A stretch of 64,000 nt of DNA. Origin: Negaprion brevirostris. Its lineage: Eukaryota. The stretch's first letter is position 1. Each line of letters starts with the position of its first letter. The stretch is from the NCBI GenBank assembly GCA_030324005.1, contig JARDVH010000149.1, positions 11,732,910-11,796,909 on the forward strand. Direction: 5' to 3'. Below are positions 1 to 11,969 of the stretch, one piece after another. The notes beneath the pieces were generated by a model that made no database searches, was not told the DNA's origin, and saw only the letters and a list, made by a program, of their open reading frames with translations. Position numbers and translations under genes: made by a program.

Positions 1-73
1 CTTGGGTTTGGACATAGCTTGGCACAACATTGAGGGCCGAAGGGCCTGTACTGTGCTGTACTGTTCTATGTTT
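1..73 (+). mobile_element. CR1/HER1-like LINE 3' terminus
   Basis: gggccgaagggcctgtactgtgctgtactgttctatgtt tail, similar to the tail at 56940-56984. Confidence 0.75.
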
Positions 74-119
74 CTATATCACTTTGCTGACACTCTTCTT
101 CCTCGTGACAACTTACTTT

Positions 120-1220
120 CTTATCTTGGTATCATTGGCAAATTTAACCACCATATATTCAGTCCCTTCCTCCAAGTCTTTGATATAGATTGTAAATAGC
201 TGATTCCTGTGGCACTCCACTAGATACAGCTTAACCAATTTGAAGAAAGCCCATTTATCTATAATCTCTGCTCCCTGTTAGCTAACCAAACCTTTTATCC
301 ATGTAAATATGTGACCCCTACACCATGTGCTCTTATTTTGTGAAGTAATTACTTCGTCAGAAAACTTTTAACAGTTAAACATCATTTCCTTTTCACAAAG
401 CCATGTTAGCTGTGCCTGATCAAATCATGATTACTTAAGTATTTATGTAACATCCTTAATAATGGATTTTAGCATTCTCTGTATGACAGACATTAGGCTA
501 CTAACTGACCTAAGGTTTCCAGTTTTCTGCCTCATTTCTTGAATAAACATTAGCTATCTTCAATTCCACTGGAACCTTTCCAGAATGTAAGGAATTTTGG
601 AAGATTATAACCAATACTAACTGTGCTGCTACTTCCAAGAATGATGCAAGCCATCTGCTTCTGGGGACCTGTCAGCCTTTATGTTTAATAGTTTTCTTAC
701 CACTCTGGTAATGGTGATTGCACTCTTTTTATCATCTCTTAACTTACCAAAGGTCTTTGAAAGTTTCCTTAGTCTTCTATCATGAAGCCTGACACACACT
801 GCCTGTTTACGCCTCCACCGTTTTCTTTCTATTATCAGTATCCCAGGCACGCGGTCTAGAGGACCAACACAAACTTAATTTGTGTTTCCTATTCAAATAC
901 TTGTGTGCTTTCTGCTTGTTTGTTTTCTTTTTAGTAACTTTTTGTTAGTTCTTAAACTCTGTCCCATTCCCTGACCTACCATGAATATTTGCGGATTTGT
1001 CATATTTCTTTCAACTCAAAACTATCCTTAACTTACATATTTAACTACGGATGTTGCATCCTTCTCGATCAGCCTTTCTTTCTCACTAGGATAAATCTTT
1101 TCTGAGTATTATTTAAAAACTCTCAAAAATCTGCCACTGTTACCTTTAACCTAATTTTTCAGTTCACCTTAGCCAACTGTACTTCGTATTCTCCTAATTA
1201 TCTTTATTTAGGTTTAAAAT
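120..1220 (-). mobile_element. Old, decayed CR1-like LINE fragment (RT region)
   Basis: Degenerate antisense matches to CR1 ORF2 motifs (tcattggcaaattt...tatagattgtaaatagc...ggcactccact). No intact ORF. Confidence 0.5.
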
Positions 1221-1362
1221 TCAAACTGAATGAAGTTTGATAAATGAACTTTACATTTTTGAACCCTCATTTTTGAACCCTCAGTTCAGCGGTATAAATC
1301 TTTCTCCTCCCTTGTGGTGCAGAATTGCCTTGCACAGATTTCACTTGTGGCATCAAATAGCG

Positions 1363-1690
1363 CATAAGAACATAAGAAATAGGAGCAGGAATAGGCCATC
1401 TAGCCCTTCGAGCCTGCCCTGCCATTCAATAAGATCATGNNNNNNNNNNNNNNNNNNNNNNNNNNNNNNNNNNNNNNNNNNNNNNNNNNNNNNNNNNNNN
1501 NNNNNNNNNNNNNNNNNNNNNNNNNNNNNNNNNNNNNNNTTTGTGTCATCAGCAAATTTTGTCACCCTACACTCAGCCCCCTCCTCCAGATCATCTATAT
1601 AAATGGTAAATAGCTGTGGCCCCAGCACTGATCCCTGCAGCACTCTAGTCACCAACTGCCAATCAGAATAGCATGCATTGATACCAATGA
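1363..1690 (-). mobile_element. CR1-like LINE fragment spanning an assembly gap
   Basis: ORF QGSVLGPQLFTIYIDDL...KFADDT (RT motifs) and a cataagaacataagaa tail. Confidence 0.9.
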
Positions 1691-3045
1691 TACACGATAC
1701 ACTTCATTCCCAAGTTCTTGCCGTTGACCATATAGATGAAAATCTGTTCCTTCAGGCTCTGTAGACGTTTTTTTTCTTTTGATTTCACCAACTTTTGTTA
1801 TTATAACTGTGATTTGCCCACTCTCTCAAGTCGAGGCAGATGGTATTATTTGTAAAATGTTAGCTTGGATCTTTTAGAACAAGTTTTATATTTGTTCCTT
1901 AGCTGTCAAAGTTGCAGTTGCTGCTGGAAATGGCACAACAGTCTTGCTGTAGCACTCAAAGCTGGCTACATAGTGTGGATTAGAGTCACATGTAGGCCTG
2001 ACCGAGTAGCGGTGCTGGTTTCCTTTCCCTAAAGAATATTAGTGAGTTAGTTAAATTTTTTTACAGCAATCCATTTATTCTGGTGCAAAATATGATTTAT
2101 TCAATTTACTGAATTTAATTTCACATCTTGCACTTTAGGACTTGTGGTTGCTTCACTTATGGTTGCTAATATTCAGCAATTAATCTAGATAACTAAGAAC
2201 TGAGAGATTCCTTAGACATCTCCTTTTATATTTTAAAACAAATTCAAGCTTATCTTTTTTTTGGTTTAACATGCCGCAAGGGATACTAATCTGTACATTG
2301 TTCCAATTTGATGTGTCATGAACTATAGTAAACAATTGTTATGTTAGACAATCCACTGATTCTGTTTGGCATAAGATTCAGTGGTTAAGGCACATTCCCA
2401 AGTGTTTACATGTCATTTTACAGTATCCTGCCTTCCAGTATGGGGTCTGCCTTTTGTTCTGAGGGAGTATGCTGGTTCGTTTTTATAAACATGCCATTGT
2501 AAGAACAAGAGAGGGAGGGAAATATCAGCACGTTCCACACCCAAGGGAAACAAATACCTAAAATACTTAGAGATGTAAAATGTCTGTTGTGGCTGGGAAT
2601 TGGGGATGATAAATGTTCTGGTATGTGAGGCCAACAGCACAATCTGTAATCAACGAAGTTGAATTAATTGTATTCCAAGTCACAACTGGAGAGACTTTTT
2701 TTATTCTATCTCCTTCCTAATTAAACATACTATGAGTAAAATATAATCATTAGATGGATTTGCTTCCATCTTACGAGTCTGGAGGTTTGTTTAAAAAAAA
2801 ATTCTTTGCAGTTCCCAGACCACACGTGTGGTATAGCTTAAAATAGTTGTGCAAGAGCCAAGGTTTTATGATCGAGAAGGGTAATTTAAGCCATACCAGC
2901 TGTTCTTTGCTTTTCTACAAGGTTTATATTTGCTCAAAAGTTAAATATCAGTAATTTACTAAAAACTTGTACGTGCAAAGTTTTTAATATTTATTAAAAA
3001 TCAGATCACCATCCAAACTGTGTCAAAAACCCATGTGATTTATGG

Positions 3046-3380
3046 TAGTGTGGCTCAGTGATTGAAGTTGCCCGAGTGAAAAGATTGTGGGTTGAAGCCC
3101 CACTCCAGAGATTTAAGCCTATAATCTAGGCTGGTGTTGCACTGTGAAAATCTTCTGCAATGGTGACTTTTGAATGAGTCATTATACTGCAGCTTGTGTG
3201 TCTTCTCAGTTAAAAGATTTATGGCACCATAACTGAACAAAAGCAGAGAAATTCTCCCAGTGCTGGCCATCACTTACACATCACTTACTATTGGTCTTCA
3301 ACCAACGTCCTTCAAAATAGATTAGCTGGTCCATGTGTGTAAATTATCTGCCATTTTATTGGTGAAGTACTTAATTAGGT
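3046..3380 (+). mobile_element. Decayed tRNA-derived Deu-domain SINE (SacSINE1-like)
   Basis: A-box gtggctcagtg, B-box-like ggttgaagccc, then ccactccagaga...aatctaggctg...aaagatttatggcac...ctggcca. Related to 22985-23190. Confidence 0.6.
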
Positions 3381-3627
3381 ATATATTAATGTGTGTTTTA
3401 TTCTTTTCTATATCTCAATACTTTTAGGAGTCAGTTTAAATTTCTCAAGAAACAAACTCACATAGTCTACTTCTGATCACATCTTTTAATATTTTTGCCA
3501 GTTTTCTAACTTGTCACGAACAATATTCCAGTGGCTGAATTTTATGAAATTAAAGCTAAGCTAATTAAATTGTAAGTTCCATTACTCCCTTCCCTAATAA
3601 AATCAATGATATCCTCTTGTGTTATAG

Positions 3628-3757
3628 GTCCCTCCTGATGTTCACAATGGAAAACTGTTTCTATGTGCTGATTTCACAAGCGGTCCGGTATCTGAAGGAT
3701 CCTTCTGTTCACTCGCGGGACAAGCAGAGAATGAAACAGGAGCTGAGTTCAGAGCTG
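3628..3757 (+). CDS. NUP188: Nucleoporin NUP188, penultimate coding exon
   Basis: Acceptor ttatag at 3626-27 and donor GTAACT at 3758. Encodes SLLMFTMENCFYVLISQAVRYLKDPSVHSRDKQRMKQELSSEL, matching the recalled vertebrate NUP188 C-terminus. Ends in phase 0. Confidence 0.93.
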
Positions 3758-3799
3758 GTAACTTTTCAGTTTTGCGCTGCACTTCAACTGTTCAGCAAA

Positions 3800-3953
3800 A
3801 AGTCTCAACATCAGGTTGCAGTCCAGGTTTATTTGGTATCACCGACTTTTAGAGCGCTGCAGCGCTCTAAAAGTTGGTGATACCAAATAAACCTGTTGGA
3901 CTTTAACCTGGTGTTGCGAGACTTCTTACTGTGCCCACCCCAGTCCAATGTCA
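3800..3953. mobile_element. Penelope-like element terminus, fold-back palindrome
   Basis: ccaaataaacctgttggactttaacctggtgttg motif present in both orientations. Same family as the copies at 9430, 34213 and 62935. Confidence 0.75.
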
Positions 3954-4972
3954 GTAATGAGCAATGCTGACCAACGTAGTGTGTGAATGTGTATAGTGTA
4001 GAAGTTAATTGTGTATGTGTGTAGATGTAGTATAAAAGTTAATTAAAGATTGCTTCTTGCATTGTTCAGACATATCTGTTTTTGTAAAATTTCCCTTTTC
4101 TTCCATTTCCTTTGTTTTTATTCTGAGCCTTTGTGTTTGCCTCCAGTCTTGGTCCTTGTTCATACACTGTTGCTTTTCAATATTTTTTTCTCCCCTAACT
4201 TGCCTTTGGAGTCCTTCTAAAGTCCTAAGTTATTTTTAACCTTATTAAGCAGTTAGTTTGCTTTAAAAAGTACTCTGCCTGGATCCTAAATTGCATAATG
4301 TAGTTTGGAGTTTTACTTGCCTTATGTCAACCTACTGTTTGCAAATTCCTTGGTGTCTAGTTGGCTGCTCACTTTATTCTTATCACTATTTGCGGGGAAA
4401 TCTGGTATTGAAGCCATCCTGACCAATGCATGAGAGAGATTATTGGCTGTTTGTACTATAGAACGCACTAAAACACTTACTTGGCATGTCATTAACCTAA
4501 ACCCGGATACTTGAACACTTAATGCTACTGTTCTGTATTAATCAGTCCCATTCAACATAGAAACTGGTATACAGTAAGAGGAAATGATTCAGTATGTGTA
4601 CTGGAAGATCAGATAAATATCTTCCCACCGTAATGTAAACTCTGGAGTATTGTTCATTCTTGTGTATGTGCTCATGAAATATATGATTGTGATTTACAGA
4701 GTATTTTATCATCATGAAAATGTGGGTGGTGGGGCTTATAAGCTCCAGTTCCAAGTGAACTTAGAGTAGGGAGACAATCTGAGACATTTTCCCAATAATA
4801 AAGCACAGCTACAAACGAATCATTAAAGCGTTTGTTTATTCTGTAAAGGTTAATATTTTAATTAGAAATAAATGAGCAACCCTACAGTAGAAAGTATACT
4901 TAAGACTTAAGGTTAATTAAACATTTCTTCTAATGTTTCATATTTACTGTGACTTCTCTTTTATTATTCCAG

Positions 4973-5152
4973 AGTACCGTTCTGTCTAGCATCTCCCGCT
5001 ATTCTCGTCGTGGCACACCGTGTTCCCCTGCTGCGGCCTTACTGCTGTCTCCTCAGAGCAAATCTACCTGCTCTGTGTCTAAATCGAGTCCTGAGAACCA
5101 GGAGCCCCTAATCCAGTTGGTCCAGGCCTTTGTCCGACAGATCCAGAGATAA
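4973..5152 (+). CDS. NUP188: Nucleoporin NUP188, last coding exon with TAA stop
   Basis: Polypyrimidine tract plus ccAG acceptor. Encodes STVLSSISRYSRRGTPCSP...PENQEPLIQLVQAFVRQIQR*; the human protein ends ...SQEPLIQLVQAFVRHMQR. Confidence 0.94.
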   Translation, partial: STVLSSISRYSRRGTPCSPAAALLLSPQSKSTCSVSKSSPENQEPLIQLVQAFVRQIQR

Positions 5153-8100
5153 AAGAATATCAACCATAACGTTAAACTTTAATGCTTTTCCAGTTCTGGA
5201 CTGTATATAACTTCATTTGAAACAATTTACAGTGTCAGTTTTTACTGACCAAAGGTAATGTGAATACAATGTCAAAACGAGATAGTGAATATATCAGGTT
5301 GGCAACTTTACTTGAAGCTGTTCTTAAAATCCCTTTTTTTCTGGGTAACAGTCTTGAAGTTTGCCACTCCTTTGTCTCAAAGCTAAAGGATTGAATTACG
5401 TTACAGAAAATAATCATGGCAGACTATTAGAATAAATGGCAGCTGTTCCTAAACAATTGAAGAATTGTACAGTGGCATCCATTACTAGTTCCATGACAAT
5501 AGAGAGCCAACTCTGTTGAAACTGTTTTTAAAGTTTTTTCTTTGTATTGTAGAACTGTGAAATGTTAATGAATGGGGGGGGGGGGGATCAAGAAAAGGCA
5601 TTCTGAAGAATGATCATGCTCTGTGTCACAATACATTTTTATATGCCTCTTTAAATCTAGTTTTATTAATATAAAACATGTTCCTCATTCTGAATGTTTG
5701 CCAGTGAGAGTAGCGTGGAAACAGTGCTGTCTGGTTGGATTTGTGCATTGCAAGCATCCTTATTAAGACTTTTCTGCTCGAAACAGCATTTTAGATTGGT
5801 TAGGAATGCCAGGACAGTTTATAACTCTTTTACAGCTACTCATTACTTTATATGCCACACATTTCATCCTTGGGCATTTCCTGCAGAACTTACCAAAGAA
5901 TCTTGGATGTTTATTTGCAGCTGCTTTGTCCTGTGTGCAAGTATTGTTCATTAGTAGGCATTTAGACCGACTAGAGGAGTTACTTGAACAAAGAAATAGT
6001 ACCAAAAACAAGTACTGGTGAACTACTGAAGCACATTTAAAGCAATTTTAGTTACTTAAGAAGTAAGATCAGCAGTTCAAATAAGTAAAATACTCTTGTT
6101 CTAGAAGAAATTGAGAGGCTGATAGGTGAGTTTAAAAAAATCTTTTCATGAAGAAACACTGAATTTAGTTTTAACAAGATGCATGGGTGCCCTTATTTTC
6201 ATTTGAGATTTTGCAGTCATTGGAGGCAGCCCTGCATGACTCTTCTGTCATAAGCTGGAGTCTGCGATCAGAGGCATCGTTGGGCTGTAAAGAACTTTCA
6301 AGTGTGGACCCACTACTTTATATTTTGGTGAAGAAAACATACTTCTGCTTCCTAGAAGTATCTAGCGTACTACACCAGCAATAGCTAAGAACTTTTTAAA
6401 AACTTAACTGACCTCCCAATGTGCACTATATTTTAACAACATTACAGCTCCATGTTCTGCCTGGATTCAAACTTCACCAAATGTTCTGACATCCCATTGT
6501 CTTTGATGCAAAGTGTGGTAGGGAATTTGCTCAAGTAATGAGGCATTGTGATTGAAAGCAATTTTTCAAAAATTCAGTATGATTAAGACTGCTAATTAAT
6601 TGTTAACTATAAAAATAAAGCAATCAGCGAATATAAATACCAAAATGCAGGTTAAAAGTAGTGTTACCCTGGTAATAAAGATACTCCAGCACTGAGTTTA
6701 ACTGGAAACGAGGAACACATTCCACAAAAAGTGAACATTCAGGAATCTTGTCATAAAAAGGAGTTTGTCTATACAGTCATTACTGCTCCTATGACTTTTG
6801 TAATAGATGAAAACAGCTTGATTGAAAGACTCACCATTCCGTCACTTTAAACTGCCATTCATTATTTGTAACTTATTGTTGGGAATATTGTTTAATTCTA
6901 CCATTGTACATGTTCATCTGCCTTTTTTGTGAGTTTGTTTTTAAAGCTTTTAAAAAGCTGAGGAACAAATTGAAAATGTTGTGACGACGGTTCCTGATCT
7001 GAACATACTGCCAAGGCTGGGTGCAGACCACTAATCTGTCAAATGCATTCACTTCAGTAAGTTCAACCACTGTATTTTAATTTCATTGTCAGTGCTCTTC
7101 CAGGTCAGCTGTTGGTATTTTGATTGCCATTCAGCTTTTAGTTATTGAACTTTATTTCTTTTACTGAGAGAAGTAAATTTACTGCTGAATTTTACTTGAT
7201 GCATCAAAACTAGTTCACATTTTTACTTGTGTCTTTCTTTGCGATCTGTTCAGTTTGCTACACCACCTGTGAATTTGTACATTCAGGTGGGTTCCACTTG
7301 GTGTCAGACTGGGTAACACTTTAAAAAAAAAAAGCCTTTGTTAATTGCCACACATGTGGGGTGTTCAGCAGGATTGCTGCATGATAGAAAAATCCATCCC
7401 CCCCATGGCATTTCCAGAGCTCATAACTGTTCTATTCATTGCAGTGCCAAAGCTTGAAAAAGTAACTTGCAGGCAGAAATCTGTAGGTTTTGCAGACAAC
7501 CTTGAATTTGAGGGAAAAAAATTAAATTATTTTGACATCTTTCTTCACTGCCTTTCTCAGCTTAGAAATTGTGTAAGAGCTGCTTTTGTACATTCACGAG
7601 ATGGCTTTTTTCTCTCAAACCTGATGTCCCAGTCTGGGCTTGGAGGAGAAAATCCAGTGTTTTATTTTAATAGGGATACTGATTTAAACAAATGGCTGTT
7701 TTGCATGACAATTAAAGGATAGAAGCAAACTTGTTTTGTTATCCAAAACTTGTATTGTAAAGCATGTTTCAATATTAAAATGGGTAAAACTTTTGGGATT
7801 TTTATGGGGGGAGCCAAAACAAATTTATTTATGAACATTCCTGATAAGCACACACATGTTTTAGTTTGACAATAATATAGGGAAGATGATTACTATTTGG
7901 AAATAACAGTATTGTATATACAAGATGTGAAAATTAGGTGAAAGTAGTTGAGGCTAAAGTTACAGCAACTATCCAGATTTAATTTGATCTTTCCAGGCTG
8001 AGAAAATATTGTGCTAAATTTGATTGACTTCTCAAATGGAGGCACATGTAACTATTTATTTTACAATGATTTTCCTTTTTCCGATGCAGAGGCTGTTCTA

Positions 8101-8540
8101 GTTCAGAATGATGGTGAAAAAATATTGCTGTGTAATTTAAAATAGAAGTCATGCTTGACGTCAAAGTGGAAAGTCGGTCAGTTCTAGGGTAGAACTGATC
8201 TTTTCAATTTTAAATAATACAATTCATTACTGTTGGACAACAGACTATCAGCTCTTTGGATAACTGCACAGAGTGTATCGAATTTGTAAATAGTGTTTTT
8301 AAACTTAAATTTTCTTGTGTCTAACTTTAGAATAAAAACACTGTACCTGTGCATGCAATTTCACCTGTAAATAACAAAAGTGCCTAGGTTTCACTGCTAC
8401 CATATCTAACTGAACTGCATAAAATGACTCAGCATGTTTACTGTACAAGTTTGCTGTTCTCTTCCTGTCAGGAGCTAGTTTTTCACTTTATACTATTGTT
8501 TGAATTCTTAATATTCCTGAATAAAATGTGGATATACATT
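5153..8540 (+). other. NUP188: Probable NUP188 3' UTR region (end uncertain)
   Basis: Repeat-poor AT-rich stretch after the stop. AATAAA hexamers near 5431, 6614, 8331 and 8520. Pumilio-type TGTATATA at about 5202. Confidence 0.4.
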
Positions 8541-9427
8541 TTCATTATGGAGTATTCTTGTATAATTGCAATGCTGGTATTAGTGGGCAATTTTCCACAC
8601 TATCCATGGTGATGACCACCCTTGACTGCTGTTGATGATCAGTATTCTTTCAAGCACCCTGCTTGCTGGCATGCCATCTGCCAACACCACTGGTTGAAGA
8701 CATAAATGATTGTGATAATCTTTTACTATCGCAGCACATTACGTCAGCAAATACCATCCCCACTTGAGGGTAAAGTCCATGTCCATCAGCAGAGGCAATA
8801 AATACTGGCTAGTCAGTGACACCCACATAATTTTAAAAAGTAAGCCTCAAGACAGAGATCGTTTGGGTCTGAGGTGTGAATGTTAAGGGCCAGGCAATGA
8901 CTATCTCCATGACATTTAATGGTATTACGATCAACCTTCCATTACATTAACTAGAAATGGAGCAGCCATTTTCTGTGGCTCTAGGCGTAGCTCAATAAGA
9001 TTGTTTTTCTCTTTATTCTGTCATGGATGTGAGCATGCCATTTGAAGTCACTCGAGCTGCTTGAAAGGCATTTAAGAGTCACTTCATTGGTCTGAAGTCA
9101 TAGACCAGACCAACTAAGGATGGCAGATTTCCTTCCCACAAGGCCATCAGTGAACTAGGTGAATTACTGCAACAAGTGGTGATATAAACATGAAATTAAC
9201 AATTCCAGAGTTAATTCAATTCTGCCAGCTGCCATGAACCCAGTGTATTTGGACAGGTCACGAACAACTCTCTTCCCTTAAGTGCAGACATCTAACTTCC
9301 AGCAGCATAGTTATAAGCTACAGGGCTCTATCTGGAGTGAGCTAGATGCACAAGCAGCCCACTTGTTTGACACCATCCACTATGGATACAGGGGCATCTA
9401 AAAGCTACATTCCAGCCACTCAACAAG

Positions 9428-9703
9428 ACTCAATTTGTAAAAAGAGATACTCTCTTTAACCTGTGCTTAACGCTCACTCCACTCACACTGTCTGTACCTT
9501 AAAGACTCGCATTCCAATCATTATTTTGTAAATTGAGTTTATCTTTATTCCTGTTTGTGAATAGAACTCCCACTCACCTGACGAAGGGGCAGCACTCCAA
9601 AAGCTAGTGGATTTTGCTACCAAATAAACCTGTTGGACTTTAACCTGGTGTTGTGAGCCTTGTTATTGTGTTTACCCCAGTCCAATGCCAGCATCTCCAC
9701 ATC
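9428..9703 (+). mobile_element. Penelope-like element 3' end with degenerate hammerhead motif
   Basis: cactcacCTGACGAaggggcagcactccAAAAgctagtgg at about 9571-9610, then the family terminus ...ccccagtccaatgccagcatctccacatca. Confidence 0.75.
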
Positions 9704-9954
9704 AATGATTACCAATCATAGCCAGCCATTTGGCCCAACTGGGCTATATTGTCATGAGCCATCAACAGTGTTCTACCTTATCTTTTGTTGGAAAAAGAAT
9801 GCTCTCCAGCAATCCCTAGTACAATCTATTGGTTGACCAGTAGTTTTGGTCTTCCCACACTTTCTCAAGTGACTCCTTCAGACTTAGCTATTTGCTAAAA
9901 GCAAGCCTCACCTTGTTCAACTTTTCCTAATGAGCATATTCGCTTTTTATGCAG

Positions 9955-10545
9955 ACCCTCACAATCAATCAAGAAGGACTCACTTCAATTCTAAATAAAT
10001 CCAATGTATGACTTTGAGGCACAGCAGGTGGTGCTGGAGGGGTCTGGCAAATGAGGTACTTGGAGGTTTGTGTGCTCACTGTCGCTCAGTCTTCCATGCC
10101 TTCCTGATTAAACTTTCATTTTAGTTGGTTACAAACCAGGGACTTCCTCAAGAGATGCTTTGAGCATATCCTTAGGAGGGGGGTTTCTGCTGTCTGCCTG
10201 GAAGTCTCCTGCCCCAAACATGCTCCAAGGAGAGCAAGTGCTTTGCGAGTCTGATATCAGGCATAGGAATGATATATCCTACTCAGCAGAGCTGGTTTTG
10301 AGTGATTAACAACATGACACTGGTGTGCTGGCTTATATTTGTCTCTCCCCCCCCCCCCAATTTGGAGAATCTTGCAAAGCAATCACTGGTGGTACTTCCC
10401 CAGTGCTTTGACATGCCTGCTGTAGATTGTCCAAATCTTTGACACATATAGGAGAGCTGGCATCACTGCAAACTCTGGTTTGAGATCCTGGTCCTCAAAT
10501 ATCACCACCTTCAGTCTATCCAGTGCCCCCTTTGGTACCTGCCTG
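9955..10545 (-). mobile_element. Decayed RTE-clade LINE 3' fragment
   Basis: ORF ...LDRLKVVIFEDQDLKP...MPALLYVSKIWTIYSRHVKALGKYHQ resembles the RTE RT C-terminal motif (LLYGSETWT). Confidence 0.75.
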
Positions 10546-11969
10546 ATTTCTTTTGATATTTTTAGATTGAATTTTGTAGTGTACATTTAGTCATAAATGT
10601 ATAAAGCTCAAACTATATGCATGTTTTGAAGAAACAATTGCTTATGGAAGTTCTATTCATAGTAACTCAAGGTAAGAATAAGTTTCACCACTGCATAGAA
10701 TCTAAATGCTTAATTTAATTATTAATGGGAAGGGAATGGTGTTTTTGCTCCTTAAAATATCCACAATTCAACTTTAAAGAACTAGTTATTACTGAATATT
10801 TTTCCTCAAAATTCTCATCAGTTTTTTTGTATTTTAAGTGTATAATGGAACTTTAGCAATCCAGGAAGTAGTTTTGGACGTGGAGATTGGCAGTGAAGTA
10901 GTTGAGGTATAATGAAGTGATTCATAATTACAGACTTAGTTAGGAAGCTCCTGAAAAAGTACACAGTTTATGCAAATCACTTCCAATGCAATTTCTTGCA
11001 AATTAGGAATTGTGAATCAGAACACAAGCTATTCTAATCTATAACTCAGGAACATTAATGCATCTGAAGGAGTCACAGAGGCTACAATAAAAGTGGTTGA
11101 AATATTGTACAATTTTTAAACAGCTTGGGAGAAAAGACCAGAGGAAGAAGAAATTACAATGGGCTGTATCAATTGGAGTTACGTTTGGTGACAAGTTATT
11201 AGAAAATCTGATCCAAATACTTACGCATCCTGACCCAAGTGAAATTTAGCAGTAATGGTATCCAGTTCTGTTCANNNNNNNNNNNNNNNNNNNNNNNNNN
11301 NNNNNNNNNNNNNNNNNNNNNNNNNNNNNNNNNNNNNNNNNNNNNNNNNNNNNNNNNNNNNNNNNNNNNNNNNNNNNNNNNNNNNNNNNNNNNNNNNNNN
11401 NNNNNNNNNNNNNNNNNNNNNNNNNNNNNNNNNNNNNNNNNNNNNNNNNNNNNNNNNNNNNNNNNNNNNNNNNNNNNNNNNNNNNNNNNNNNNNNNNNNN
11501 NNNNNNNNNNNNNNNNNNNNNNNNNNNNNNNNNNNNNNNNNNNNNNNNNNNNNNNNNNNNNNNNNNNNNNNTTTCAACAATAAGGTAACACGATTCAATT
11601 TAAACACATCTGCTCAAGACTCTAGAAAATTTATCATTTTGATTACTTGTTTGCATCACAATTAACCAATCTAGTTTAATTTAACTGGGTCCCACATCTA
11701 GATTAAGCAGCCACCAGTCTGTGGTCAGAACCAATTAAAAAAATTAAGAGTTTGAGACATACCATTTACTTAGTCCCCAAGTCAGCTCGTTATTAACAGG
11801 TGCCATGGCATAAGCTTTCCAATTACACACAATCTTGAGCGTAATGATGCAGCATATTTAAAGTGACCTACTCCTGTGTGTTAAACTGTAGCTGGTGTTA
11901 AGTTCCACACCACAAAATCATAAAGTAAGGTGCTTTGGTAAGGTCTCAGTGGGTGGCCCTGTATGTGGA

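Noticed and set aside
1700-3600. A further upstream NUP188 exon
   Set aside because: No segment with a recognisable NUP188 peptide and a phase 2 donor was found; it probably lies before the window.
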